From an uncultured Nitrososphaeria archaeon (lineage in GTDB: Archaea > Thermoproteota > Nitrososphaeria_A > Caldarchaeales > Wolframiiraptoraceae): a DNA stretch of 64,000 nt. The stretch is from contig CAYTSD010000001.1 of the NCBI GenBank assembly GCA_964440495.1, positions 3,104 to 67,103 on the forward strand. Reading direction: 5' to 3'. A program made the position numbers and the translations under genes. This document shows, piece by piece, positions 19,526-29,165 of this stretch (positions within the stretch are counted from its first letter, which is position 1; the number at the start of each line of letters is the position of its first letter). Below the pieces are notes generated by a model, which saw only the letters and a list, made by a program, of their open reading frames with translations, was not told the origin of the DNA and did no database searches.

Positions 19526-20746
19526 TCATGGTTTTTCAAGTGAGAGTATTGTGACGTAGGCGAAGTGTCCCGTTCCACCTATGTTGTGGATTAGGCCTAC
19601 CCCTCTCTTGACTGGAACCTGTCTATCCTTCTCAACTCGTTGCTGGAGTTGTCTCGTCATTTCGTAGACCATGCCGAGCCCCGAGGCTCCTATTGGATGT
19701 CCCTTAGCCTTTAGTCCGCCGTCGACGTTTACTGGTATAACTCCCCCTATGTAGGTCTGCTCCTCCCTTGCGAGGAGATATCCCTTGCCTCTCTCAGCGA
19801 ACCCCAGGTCTTCGTAGGCGAGTATCTCGGCTATCGTGAAGCAGTCGTGGACCAGTGCTAGGTCGAAGTACTTAACAGGCTTCTCCGGGTCTACTCCAGC
19901 AATCTTGTAGGCTTTTCTAGCTGCTTCAACGGCGGTTTCAAGTGAGAGGAAGTCCCCTCTTCTACTCAGGTTTCCTGTTCCGGTTGCTGAGGCCTGAGCC
20001 TTAACCCAGACAGGTGTGTTGGAGAGCTTCTCGGCGACATCCTCCGAGGCCAACACGACGGCAGCCGCTCCATCGGTTATCGGCGAGCAGTCATAGAGCT
20101 TGAGAGGCCATGCAATATATCTTGAGTTCAAGACGTCTTCAACGGTTATTCTCTTCTGGAACTGAGCCTTAGGGTTCATGGAGCCGTAGTAGTGGTTCTT
20201 CACAGCTATCTTCGCTAAGTCTTCCTCCGTTGCGCCATATTCCTGCATGTATGCTGTTGCGTAGAGGGCGTAGTAGGCTGGGAATGTGAGCCCGAATTGC
20301 TCAAACTCCCAGAAAAAGTTTCCACCTCTTCCGAGAAGCTCTACAACCTTCTGGGTCTCAAGCTCATTCATCCGTTCAACTCCCACCGCTAACGCTACGT
20401 CAACGAGTCCCGAAGCAACTGAGAGGTAGGCGACACGGAAGGCGGCGCTCCCAGATGCGCAGGCAGCCTCAACCCTCATACTCCCTATAGGTGTTAGTCC
20501 AGCGTACTCGATGATGAGAGGGGCTGGGAAGATCTCGGAGCTCCATACACCGACATTCCCCACCGAGACAAACCCTATCTCCTTCTTCTCAACTCCAGCG
20601 TCCTCCAAAGCCTCTCTAATAGCTATCCATGCAAGTTCTGGAAGCCTATGCTCAGTGTCTCTCCCAAACTTGCTCTGCCCAACACCTACTACGGCAACTT
20701 TCCGCATCCCAAGATAGCGGAAGACGACTAAATTTAAGTTATTCAA
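19526..20746 (-). CDS. Thiolase (acetyl-CoA C-acetyltransferase-like)
   Basis: Thiolase fold with active-site Cys region (VEAACASGSAA) and C-terminal GHPIGASG and CxG motifs. The likely start is MRKVAVVGVG. Confidence 0.85.
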   Translation of the reverse strand: MNNLNLVVFRYLGMRKVAVVGVGQSKFGRDTEHRLPELAWIAIREALEDAGVEKKEIGFVSVGNVGVWSSEIFPAPLIIEYAGLTPIGSMRVEAACASGSAAFRVAYLSVASGLVDVALAVGVERMNELETQKVVELLGRGGNFFWEFEQFGLTFPAYYALYATAYMQEYGATEEDLAKIAVKNHYYGSMNPKAQFQKRITVEDVLNSRYIAWPLKLYDCSPITDGAAAVVLASEDVAEKLSNTPVWVKAQASATGTGNLSRRGDFLSLETAVEAARKAYKIAGVDPEKPVKYFDLALVHDCFTIAEILAYEDLGFAERGKGYLLAREEQTYIGGVIPVNVDGGLKAKGHPIGASGLGMVYEMTRQLQQRVEKDRQVPVKRGVGLIHNIGGTGHFAYVTILSLEKP

Positions 20747-20809
20747 GTCGAGCCAGAGCTTAGAGTATTATACTGGCTTCATCATCGAACTTGGGAACGG
20801 GATGGGAGA

Positions 20810-21463
20810 ATGATTAAGGCGGTGGTCTTCGACCTCGATGGAACAATACTCGACCTCAAGCTAAAGTTTAGGGAGGCGAAGAAGAGGTTCCTAAAACTAC
20901 TCGAGGAGAATGGTGTCGAAATAAGTGAAATATCTCTCGACACACCTACAGAGATGATAATGAAGCGTGTAAAAGATAAGCCTAGAAGCTGGCTGATGAA
21001 GCTTGTAGACGAGGCTTTCCTGCCCTACGAGCTTGAGGCAGCTGAGGAAGCAGAGCTGAGAGAGGGCGTGGAGGAGGTTCTGAGAAGGCTTAGGGAGGAG
21101 GGCTACAGGCTTGGAATAGCGAGCAACAATGGTAGAATCGGTGTACGTAAAGCCTTAGAAAAAGTTGGGATAATAAGGTTATTCGATGTAATCGTCACGA
21201 GGAATGATGTTGATAGTATGAAGCCGAGTGGGAAAATTATTCAGAGAGCTATAGAGCTTCTCGGGGTAAAGCCTTGGGAGATGGCCTACGTAGGAGACAC
21301 CTACAATGACGTTAAGGCGGCGAGGAATGCGGGAGCGAAGACTATAGCCATTCTAGGAGGAGCCCATCCAGCTGAGAGAATTCAAGAAGCCGAGCCCGAC
21401 GCAGTGCTGGACGATTTTAGAAAACTGCCCGAGACCCTGAAGCTTTTAGATGGGGAAACCTAA
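20810..21463 (+). CDS. HAD-superfamily hydrolase (phosphatase)
   Basis: Motif I VVFDLDGTILD and motifs III/IV (GDTYNDVKAARNAG). Confidence 0.75.
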   Translation: MIKAVVFDLDGTILDLKLKFREAKKRFLKLLEENGVEISEISLDTPTEMIMKRVKDKPRSWLMKLVDEAFLPYELEAAEEAELREGVEEVLRRLREEGYRLGIASNNGRIGVRKALEKVGIIRLFDVIVTRNDVDSMKPSGKIIQRAIELLGVKPWEMAYVGDTYNDVKAARNAGAKTIAILGGAHPAERIQEAEPDAVLDDFRKLPETLKLLDGET

Positions 21464-21506
21464 TATCCTCCCCAATCCCTTTAATCTTGGATAAAGGGTT
21501 AGGAGT

Positions 21507-22241
21507 ATGGGGAGATACAGGGGAGCAGCTGCTCTGGTAATCGTTGTAATCCTCCTAGCCCTGAGTCTGCTAATATTCAATCCAAGTTTTGCAAGTGCGC
21601 TCGAGAAGGTTGAGAAGGCTGCCGAGTCTCTTGGAAGATTGATTCCAGAGAGGGGTGCAGAGCTGACGGAGATTAGGGTGAAGGTTCTATTCTCAGACCA
21701 AGGCTTATCCCAGCTTTTCTTAGGGAATGAGACAGCTGACTTCAAACCAGTTGGGAACGCTGTTGTATTGGTAGGTGGATATGTGGCGCTAACGGACGAG
21801 AACGGTGAAGCGACTCTAAAAGCACCGAAAGGTAATGTAACAATCCATGTAAGCAGGAATAAGAGAAACTATTGGAGGGGAGTTGTAGATATTGACGACA
21901 ACGAGACAATTATCGTCAAGTTCATTCTGTATAGGTTGACTCCCTTGGACGTAAAGGTTGATTTAAGCCCATTCAAGGTTACCACACCTGTGACCCTGTC
22001 CTTTAAAACACCTCTTCAGGGGAGATACTATGTAGGGAAGCCTCATATATCCTTCTACACCCCTTGGGGAGAGTTGAGGAGGGTTCCAGAGACCTTGGAT
22101 GAGGGAATAGACTACAGAACCTTAGCTGGGGGTGGAACGCCTCTAGTAATCCGTGAGAAGGTTGTCGGAAACCCCGTCTACATACTTCCAGACTCAACCT
22201 ACCTTCCCGTCGAGCGTGTGGAGCTGGAGGAGAAACCTTGA
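21507..22241 (+). CDS. Secreted/anchored beta-sandwich protein (carboxypeptidase-regulatory-like fold?), first gene of the MoxR operon
   Basis: N-terminal signal-anchor (ALVIVVILLALSLLIF). A segment VVLVGGYVALTDENGEATLKAPKGNVTIHV resembles CarboxypepD_reg/PEGA beta-sandwiches. Its stop overlaps the next start (ATGA). Confidence 0.4.
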   Translation: MGRYRGAAALVIVVILLALSLLIFNPSFASALEKVEKAAESLGRLIPERGAELTEIRVKVLFSDQGLSQLFLGNETADFKPVGNAVVLVGGYVALTDENGEATLKAPKGNVTIHVSRNKRNYWRGVVDIDDNETIIVKFILYRLTPLDVKVDLSPFKVTTPVTLSFKTPLQGRYYVGKPHISFYTPWGELRRVPETLDEGIDYRTLAGGGTPLVIREKVVGNPVYILPDSTYLPVERVELEEKP

Positions 22242-22708
22242 TAGAAGTTAACCTAACCACAGAGACAATATTCTGGATAACCTTAAACGCCATACTACTA
22301 GTAATCTTCGTAACACTTCTAGTCAGGTTTCTCAGAAAGATTAGGGGGAGGCGGATTGTGGAGGATGAGCTGGCTATCAGTAGCTGGTCCCATAAGTTTG
22401 ACATACTTCTCAGAGGGATGGATGACGGTGAAGCGGTGAAGCAGACATTTAGAATGGTCTTGGAGGATTTAGCTCTCTTGAATGGGCTTAACTCTATAAA
22501 GAGCCTAACCTCAAGGGAGCTTGTAGTGAAGCTTTCGTCCAGACTCCCCCAAAGCGCTAGGGCAAGCCTCATAAAACTCTACAGGATATATGAGCCTATT
22601 CGATTTGGTGGGGCTAAACCTGATGAGGGGAAGGTTAGAGAGTTTAGAGAGGCTCTTGAGAAGCTGGAGCTCCTTCTACATCCTAGGTTGGTGAGAGATA
22701 GATGGTAG
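22238..22708 (+). CDS. Small TM protein, DUF4129-like (hypothetical)
   Basis: Single N-terminal TM followed by a helical domain. Its position immediately upstream of MoxR/DUF58 is typical of DUF4129 partners. The assignment is by context. Confidence 0.35.
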   Translation: MIEVNLTTETIFWITLNAILLVIFVTLLVRFLRKIRGRRIVEDELAISSWSHKFDILLRGMDDGEAVKQTFRMVLEDLALLNGLNSIKSLTSRELVVKLSSRLPQSARASLIKLYRIYEPIRFGGAKPDEGKVREFREALEKLELLLHPRLVRDRW

Positions 22709-22825
22709 GCTTCTCAATCACATTATTCATTCTAGCCTTCACAATTCTCCTAGCATCATTGATGATACCCTATTATCCTCCGAGGAGAAGGAGGCGGGAA
22801 ACAGTTAAGAAGGCTTCCCCGAGAC

Positions 22826-23797
22826 ATGGGGGCTGAGAGACCGATGCTGGAGCAGGAGACCGTGAGAGTGTTCGCTGAAAGAATCCGCGAAGCAGTTCAC
22901 GAGATAATCGTGGGGATGGATGAAGCCATACACGCCCTCCTCCTCGCCCTCCTAAGCGAGGGCCACGTCCTCCTAGAAGGCCCTCCAGGGATTGCGAAGA
23001 CCTATCTCGCCAAAGCCTTCGCCTCGGTTCTAGGCCTAAAGTTCAGGAGAATACAGTTCACGGCAGACCTGATGCCAAGCGACATAACAGGCTCAATAGT
23101 CTACAACAGGGCTGAGGAGAGATTCGAGTTCAGGAAGGGCCCTATATTCGCCAACATAGTCTTGGCTGATGAGATTAACCGGGCCTCGCCGCGTGCTCAG
23201 TCGGCGCTGCTTGAGGCTATGCAGGAGAGGCAGGTGACGGTTGAGGGCTCAAGCTTCCCTCTCCCCCACCCCTTCCTCCTGATAGCTACGCAGAACCCTA
23301 TTGAGCTTGAGGGAACCTACCCTCTACCCGAGGCAGAGCTCGACAGGTTTCTCGTGAGGGCTGTTCTCACCTACCCAGACTCAGGGACAGAGCTTGAGAT
23401 ACTCTCCAAGAAGATGCTCTACGGCGAGTACTTTGAGTTGGAGCCTATCTTTTCGGCGGAGGACGTCCTCAAGGCGATAGAGCTTGTCAGGAAGGTTGAG
23501 GCCGAGAAATCGGTTCTCGAGTACATCGTGAAGCTTGCTGAGGCGACTAGGAGGCATGAGCGTGTAGCGCTTGGGGTGAGCCCCCGGGGGGAGGTTGCCC
23601 TGCTTTATGCCTCGAAGGCTGAGGCCGCTATGGAGGGGAAGCCCTACATCCTCCCAGACCATGTTAAGGCGGTTGTCGAACTCGTCTTCAACCATAGGAT
23701 AATCCTCAGGGGAGGAAGCCTAAACCCCCTGACCTCTAGGGAGGAGGTCCTAGAGCTTCTCAGAGAGGTTGTCGAGGGGGTGCCTGCCCCACGCTGA
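22826..23797 (+). CDS. MoxR-family AAA+ ATPase
   Basis: Walker A GPPGIAKT, Walker B VLADEINRA, sensor region, 323 aa. Confidence 0.9.
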   Translation: MGAERPMLEQETVRVFAERIREAVHEIIVGMDEAIHALLLALLSEGHVLLEGPPGIAKTYLAKAFASVLGLKFRRIQFTADLMPSDITGSIVYNRAEERFEFRKGPIFANIVLADEINRASPRAQSALLEAMQERQVTVEGSSFPLPHPFLLIATQNPIELEGTYPLPEAELDRFLVRAVLTYPDSGTELEILSKKMLYGEYFELEPIFSAEDVLKAIELVRKVEAEKSVLEYIVKLAEATRRHERVALGVSPRGEVALLYASKAEAAMEGKPYILPDHVKAVVELVFNHRIILRGGSLNPLTSREEVLELLREVVEGVPAPR

Positions 23798-24963
23798 TGC
23801 TCACAAAAAACGCTGCCAGAGTCTTCCAGGTCTCAGCAATCTTCCTCCTACTCGCACTCATACTCGCCTCCCCAGCGCTTATACTCTCCTCCCTCCTACC
23901 CATGGTCTTTACAGCACTCTACGCCCTCCTAGCGTGGAGGAGGCTGAGGAGGATAGAGCCAGATATCTTCGCGACCTCCCTAATCGCCTCGCCGAATCCG
24001 GCCCTCGTCAACAGCGACATTAGGGTAAAACTTGTGGTAGCGCTGCGGAGAGACTTGGAGCTCCCCATAGAGGCTCAGGTCGAGACATGGGAGCTGGAAA
24101 CCTCTGGGAAACCTGGGTGGAGGGGTGTGCTCAGGAAGGGGGTGGAGGCAGTCGCAGACTTCAAGGTGCGGAGCAGCGAGATAGGTGTCAGGCTCCTAGG
24201 CCCAGTCTTCATCGCCTTGAAGGATAGGCTTGGAGTCGCCGTGAGAGAGCTCGAGGTTCATCCTCCCCTACCCATCCTCATCCTCTCAGAGGCCCTGAGG
24301 CTTAGGGCTCCAGCAGCTCTCCAAGTCTCCTCACGTTCTCCAGCCCCAGGACTCGCTGAGAACCCCTTCATAGGCATGCCGGAGGAGTATAGGCTTAGCC
24401 TCCCCCAGACCCAGGAGCAGCCAGCCCGCCTAATAGACTGGAGGAGGACTGCGAGAAGCGGGGGAGAGGAGCTCTATGTTAGGGAGTATGATAGGTTGAG
24501 GAGGGGGGAGGTTGTCTTCGGGGTCGGTGGAGGGCTGAGAGTCGAGGTTCCAGGCATGGGCGTGGCTGAGCAGCTAGCGCTCCAGCCCCTCCTCCAGATA
24601 GCCCTCGCCCACCTCAAGGCAGGGTCAAGCCCATGGCTCCTAGCCTACGCTGGGAGAGGCGAATTCACAGCCTCACCCCTCCTCCAAAGCCCTGAAGGAG
24701 TAGTTCTCGGTCAGCCTCAGGGGATGCCTCCGAGAGGCAGTCTAGTAGTCTATGTAACCCGTCTCATAGACCCCTTGGAGGCTGAGGCGCTATCAAGGCT
24801 CTCCAAGCTCACCTCTCTAAGGCTTCTACTGCTCGACCTCGGAGACGGGGAGAGACTTCGCAGAGCGGCTGGCAGGGTTGAGGCATGGTACTCCATAGTT
24901 GGGGTGGATGAGCTTCCGCAGGCTCTATGGAGGGCGCTCAGGGTTCACGGGAGGATTACCTAG
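23797..24963 (+). CDS. DUF58-family protein (MoxR partner)
   Basis: Contains the DUF58 hallmark DWRRTARSGGEELYVREYD and N-terminal TM helices. Its start overlaps the MoxR stop by 1 nt. Confidence 0.8.
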   Translation: MLTKNAARVFQVSAIFLLLALILASPALILSSLLPMVFTALYALLAWRRLRRIEPDIFATSLIASPNPALVNSDIRVKLVVALRRDLELPIEAQVETWELETSGKPGWRGVLRKGVEAVADFKVRSSEIGVRLLGPVFIALKDRLGVAVRELEVHPPLPILILSEALRLRAPAALQVSSRSPAPGLAENPFIGMPEEYRLSLPQTQEQPARLIDWRRTARSGGEELYVREYDRLRRGEVVFGVGGGLRVEVPGMGVAEQLALQPLLQIALAHLKAGSSPWLLAYAGRGEFTASPLLQSPEGVVLGQPQGMPPRGSLVVYVTRLIDPLEAEALSRLSKLTSLRLLLLDLGDGERLRRAAGRVEAWYSIVGVDELPQALWRALRVHGRIT

Positions 24964-24965
24964 AG

Positions 24966-25688
24966 ATGGATAGGCTGAGCATCCTGCTCCTAGGAACCCT
25001 TACCCTACCCCTACTATACTCTCTTCTCCAAGTCCTCCAAGCCTTCGAGAGCCTCCACTTCTTCCTCCTCCTAGGAATCTTCTCACTCCTAATGATACCT
25101 GTAACCCGCTACTTAACGGAGGTTATCTTGGCCTCCATCTACGTCCCAGCCATCATAAGCTTCCTCCTCCTAAGCTTAGCAGGCCGTCCAGAGTTCCTCC
25201 TAAACCTCGCGGCAGGATACCTCATAGCCTTCCCACTATTTCTCCTACTCGACTTCTACACGGACTCCTCTCCCCAGCTCCTCACCCTAATCTACCTTGG
25301 AGGCATGCTTCTCAGCCTCTACCTACTTGGATTCTCGGGGGAGCAGGGGGTCCATGTGGAAGCGCTCTTCAGGGGGCTCTTCCCAAGAGAGGGGAGTAGG
25401 CTCCTAAGCCCCGAAGCCTTCAGCTACATGGACCCCCTCTTCGCCGTCCTAACAGCGTTCTCGACCATAGCCTTGCTCTGGAGCCTGTTGAGGAAGCTCA
25501 GACCCATGGAGTCCCCGCTGCTCGGTGAGGAGGTCTTCCTTACAGCGCTCCTCCTCTCAGCCCTTGTAACCTTCGGGATAGCTGTCCTCTCAAGGGTCTC
25601 AGGAGAGTTCGCTTGGCTTCTAACCTTCCTTGTCGGCGGGGCTTTAGCGCTCTTTCTAGCGGTCTATCCGAGGCTGGTGGGAGGGTGA
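24966..25688 (+). CDS. Polytopic Leu-rich membrane protein (hypothetical)
   Basis: About 7 predicted hydrophobic helices. It starts immediately after the DUF58 stop. Confidence 0.5.
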   Translation: MDRLSILLLGTLTLPLLYSLLQVLQAFESLHFFLLLGIFSLLMIPVTRYLTEVILASIYVPAIISFLLLSLAGRPEFLLNLAAGYLIAFPLFLLLDFYTDSSPQLLTLIYLGGMLLSLYLLGFSGEQGVHVEALFRGLFPREGSRLLSPEAFSYMDPLFAVLTAFSTIALLWSLLRKLRPMESPLLGEEVFLTALLLSALVTFGIAVLSRVSGEFAWLLTFLVGGALALFLAVYPRLVGG

Positions 25689-27178
25689 GACACCTTCTCC
25701 TCCTAGTCATACTGCTCGGCCTGATGTCTCCTCTACAGGTCTCAGGGAAGCCGCTCATGGTGGGATACACGGGCTTCTACATGCTCCCCCTACTCGACGG
25801 CGGAACACTGGAGTTCGAGGTCGGTGAACCTCTCTGGGTAATGGCTCCGAACCCGCCTACCAAGGTCTACCTCGAGTCTCCAGAAGGGGTCATCCTGACC
25901 TACAGCCTGAACTCTAGTCGGCCTCAGCTTCTGAGAATCTTCTCGGAAGAGGATGCGGGTGGATGGACGCTCATCTCAGAGAACGGTGACAGGCTTCACC
26001 TAGAGGTTAGAGACCCTGAGAGGATGGGGGTCAAAGCCCTCTACAGCCTCTCACCCACATCCCTAACCATAAGTCTCACAGGCTCCAGTAGGGCGGCCAT
26101 ACTCTCCCAAAGCTCTGAGAGGATTCTCCTCATAGCTGGGGTCGAGCAGACTGTGAGGCTTGGAAACCTAACCGACGGAGAGCTGGTCATAGACCTCTTC
26201 TACCCAGAGTCCTTCCTCTATGAGGGTGTAGCCGAGGGAAGTAACTACACGCTCCACGCCGAGGCTCTTGTAGGTAGACTTGTAGGTAAGGTGAGGCAAG
26301 GTCTCTTAACACTTGAACTGCCTAGGCTTCACGAGGTCGGCGCTGGAGGGGTGCTCCCTCTAAGGGAAGGCTCGGCGTCTCTCAGAGTAACCTCAAACGA
26401 GACTGTGGGAAAGTTTCCAGTCTATGTTCTGAATAAGGCCTTCGAGGACTTTGCGGGGAAGCCTGTCGATAGGAAGGCTGTAATCCATCTTGAAGAAGCT
26501 CTAGACTCGTCGCTGAGCGTTCTTCTACCCAACCCCGAGAATCCTGAGGAGACGCAGACCCTAATCCTGAGACCCCCGCTTGCCGCAGCCCGCTTCTACG
26601 ACCCTCTCCACGGAGTCTATGTCGGAAACCTAACCATAGAGACGACTAGGCTTCAAGCGGTAGCCGTCAACGAGACGGCATACTTCCTCCTCAGAGACGT
26701 TGATGAACTCTACCCCAAACACTCCAAGAAACCTAGAATAGGAGACGACGACATAACAGTCTACGTTAACGGATTCAGAGCAGCCTCGATGAAGATAGCG
26801 TTGAGGCAAGGTGAAGTCACATCCTCGAAGCTAGACCTCAAGCTCCTCAGAATAAAGGTACTCAGCCCAGACAATCGACCAGCGGAAAACGTGAAACTGA
26901 GAATAAATGGGAGAATATTCGGTCTCAAGTCAGGATGCGGAGGCTTCCTCCTCCCATCTGGAGACTATAGGGTTAAAGCCTTCTCAGGAGGGCTTAGAGC
27001 AGAATCCCATGTAAAGCTGGAAAACGATGCTGAACTTACTCTAAGACTAAGTAGACCTCTCAGACTTGAAGAGATACTTAGATTCACGGCGGCAGCCCAG
27101 CTCCTCGGCCTCCTAATCCTCATCCTACTAAACCTTCAAGCCGCAAGAGTTTTTAAAGTAAGGAAATGGAAACGATAA
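25685..27178 (+). CDS. Large secreted protein with signal peptide and C-terminal TM anchor (hypothetical)
   Basis: A GTG start overlaps the upstream stop by 4 nt. Signal-like LLLLVILLGLMSPLQVSG, several N-x-S/T sequons and a C-terminal hydrophobic anchor plus KVRKWKR. Confidence 0.5.
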   Translation: MRHLLLLVILLGLMSPLQVSGKPLMVGYTGFYMLPLLDGGTLEFEVGEPLWVMAPNPPTKVYLESPEGVILTYSLNSSRPQLLRIFSEEDAGGWTLISENGDRLHLEVRDPERMGVKALYSLSPTSLTISLTGSSRAAILSQSSERILLIAGVEQTVRLGNLTDGELVIDLFYPESFLYEGVAEGSNYTLHAEALVGRLVGKVRQGLLTLELPRLHEVGAGGVLPLREGSASLRVTSNETVGKFPVYVLNKAFEDFAGKPVDRKAVIHLEEALDSSLSVLLPNPENPEETQTLILRPPLAAARFYDPLHGVYVGNLTIETTRLQAVAVNETAYFLLRDVDELYPKHSKKPRIGDDDITVYVNGFRAASMKIALRQGEVTSSKLDLKLLRIKVLSPDNRPAENVKLRINGRIFGLKSGCGGFLLPSGDYRVKAFSGGLRAESHVKLENDAELTLRLSRPLRLEEILRFTAAAQLLGLLILILLNLQAARVFKVRKWKR

Positions 27179-27191
27179 CGAGAGAAGACTC

Positions 27192-29045
27192 ATGGAGAAA
27201 ATAGTCCCAGACACAAGCATAATAATCAATGGGAAGCTCTCCCAGATGATTGAGAAGGGAGAGCTAGATGAATGCGAGATAATCTTACCCATAGCAGTGA
27301 TAGATGAGCTTCAAGCCCAAGCCTCGAAAGGAAGAGAGATAGGATTCAAAGGACTTGAGGAACTCAAGAAGATAAGAACACTTGCCGAGGAAAGAGGATT
27401 CGAGATAAGGTTTGTCGGAGAGAGGCCAAGCCTAGAGGACATCAAACTTGCTAGAAGCGGAAGAATAGATGCGCTGATAAGGGATGCTGCCAAAAGTGAG
27501 AACGCAACCCTCTACACATCCGACTATGTCCAAGCACTTGTCGCAGAAGCTGAGGGAGTTCCAGTCAAGTATGTTGAAGCCTATGAGAGAAAAGAGCGCA
27601 TGAGCTTCGAGGAATACTTCACCCCCGACACCCTGAGCCTGCATCTAAAAGCGGGAGTCCCACCAATGGCTAAACGTGGAAGACCTGGAAGCTTCAAGCT
27701 GGTTAAGGTGAGAGAAGAACCATGCATGGAGGAGGAGATAAACGACGTGATCAGGGAGATAACTGAAACAGTGCGAGTAAGCGAGGAAGGAAGCATAGAG
27801 ATTGTCAGAAGCCATGCGATGGTGGTCCAGCTTGGACAGTATAGGATAGCTATAGCGAAGCCCCCCTTCTCCGATGGACTCGAGGTCACGATAGTGCGGC
27901 CGATAGTCAAGCTAAGCATAGAAGACTATAGACTCTCGGACAAACTAATGGAGAGGCTGAGGACGAGAGCAGAGGGGATACTCATAGCGGGGCCACCTGG
28001 CTCGGGGAAGACAACCTTCGCAAGCAGCCTAGCCGAGTTCTACTCACGTCAAGGGAAAATAGTTAAGACTCTTGAATCCCCTAGAGACCTACAAGTCGGA
28101 GCCGAGATCACCCAATACGGTCCCCTTGAGGGAGACTTCGAGAAGACCGCAGAGGTCCTGCTCCTTGTTAGACCCGACTACACGGTCTTCGATGAGATAA
28201 GGCGGGGGAGAGACTTCCAGATATTCTCCGACATGCGTTTAGCAGGAGTAGGAATGATAGGGGTAGTCCATGCAAGCGACCCAGTAGACGCGATACAGCG
28301 TTTCATAGGCAGAGTAGAACTCGGAATGATACCTCACATAATAGACACAGTAATATTCCTAAAAGATGGAGAGGTCAAGAAAGTCTATGAACTAAACCTA
28401 GTTGTAAAGGTTCCAACGGGGATGACTTCAGCGGACTTAACGCGTCCAGTGATAGAGGTTAGAGACTTCGAGACGGAGAAACTAGAATACGAGATATACA
28501 CGTATGGGGAGGAAAACGTGATAGTTCCAGTCGAGGAGGTCAAGGAGTATATGTCAGCCGTCCAGAAACTTGCGAGAGAACGGATACTTGAAAGGATAAG
28601 GGCGTTTGACCCCCAGGCGGAGGTTGAGATTATCTCATCTAATAAGGCGATTGTACGTGTGGAGAAATCGGTGATTCCGAGGCTTCTTGGGAGAAAGGGA
28701 GAGACGATAGCCAGAGTCGAGAAAGAGCTCGGCATATCGATTGACGTTGAGCCTAGGGTTCCAGCTCTGGGAGAGGAGGTAGAGTACGGGGTCTCGGAGA
28801 GCGGGAAAGCAGTAGAGCTCCTAGTAAGCTCAAAGCTTAGGGGAGAAACCCTAAGCATCTACATCGATGGAGAATACCTCTTCTCGGCAACGGTAGGGAA
28901 AGGTGGAAAGATAAGGGTATCAAGGAGATCCGAGCAGGGGAGAAAGCTTCTAGCGGCTCTCAGCTCTGGAAGAGATGTCAGGGTTTTCAGAGAGGTGAGG
29001 GAAGCATCTGAACCAGCTGAAAGAAGGAGGAAGCGTGAAAAGTAA
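27192..29045 (+). CDS. PIN-domain / PilT-like ATPase / KH-domain protein (COG1855-type)
   Basis: N-terminal PIN (DTSIIINGK...DEL), Walker A GPPGSGKTT and a C-terminal KH-like GRKGETIARVEKELG. It lies 14 nt after the preceding gene. Confidence 0.8.
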   Translation: MEKIVPDTSIIINGKLSQMIEKGELDECEIILPIAVIDELQAQASKGREIGFKGLEELKKIRTLAEERGFEIRFVGERPSLEDIKLARSGRIDALIRDAAKSENATLYTSDYVQALVAEAEGVPVKYVEAYERKERMSFEEYFTPDTLSLHLKAGVPPMAKRGRPGSFKLVKVREEPCMEEEINDVIREITETVRVSEEGSIEIVRSHAMVVQLGQYRIAIAKPPFSDGLEVTIVRPIVKLSIEDYRLSDKLMERLRTRAEGILIAGPPGSGKTTFASSLAEFYSRQGKIVKTLESPRDLQVGAEITQYGPLEGDFEKTAEVLLLVRPDYTVFDEIRRGRDFQIFSDMRLAGVGMIGVVHASDPVDAIQRFIGRVELGMIPHIIDTVIFLKDGEVKKVYELNLVVKVPTGMTSADLTRPVIEVRDFETEKLEYEIYTYGEENVIVPVEEVKEYMSAVQKLARERILERIRAFDPQAEVEIISSNKAIVRVEKSVIPRLLGRKGETIARVEKELGISIDVEPRVPALGEEVEYGVSESGKAVELLVSSKLRGETLSIYIDGEYLFSATVGKGGKIRVSRRSEQGRKLLAALSSGRDVRVFREVREASEPAERRRKREK

Positions 29046-29165
29046 TTCAATTCAACTCAAACCCTATCCCAGCGACGTATGGGAAATGCTTAGGCAAATA
29101 TCTGAGTAGCTGTGTTTCAAAGCTTCGGCAAAGGGATTATATAGAGGATTTCCAGTTGAGGAGAT

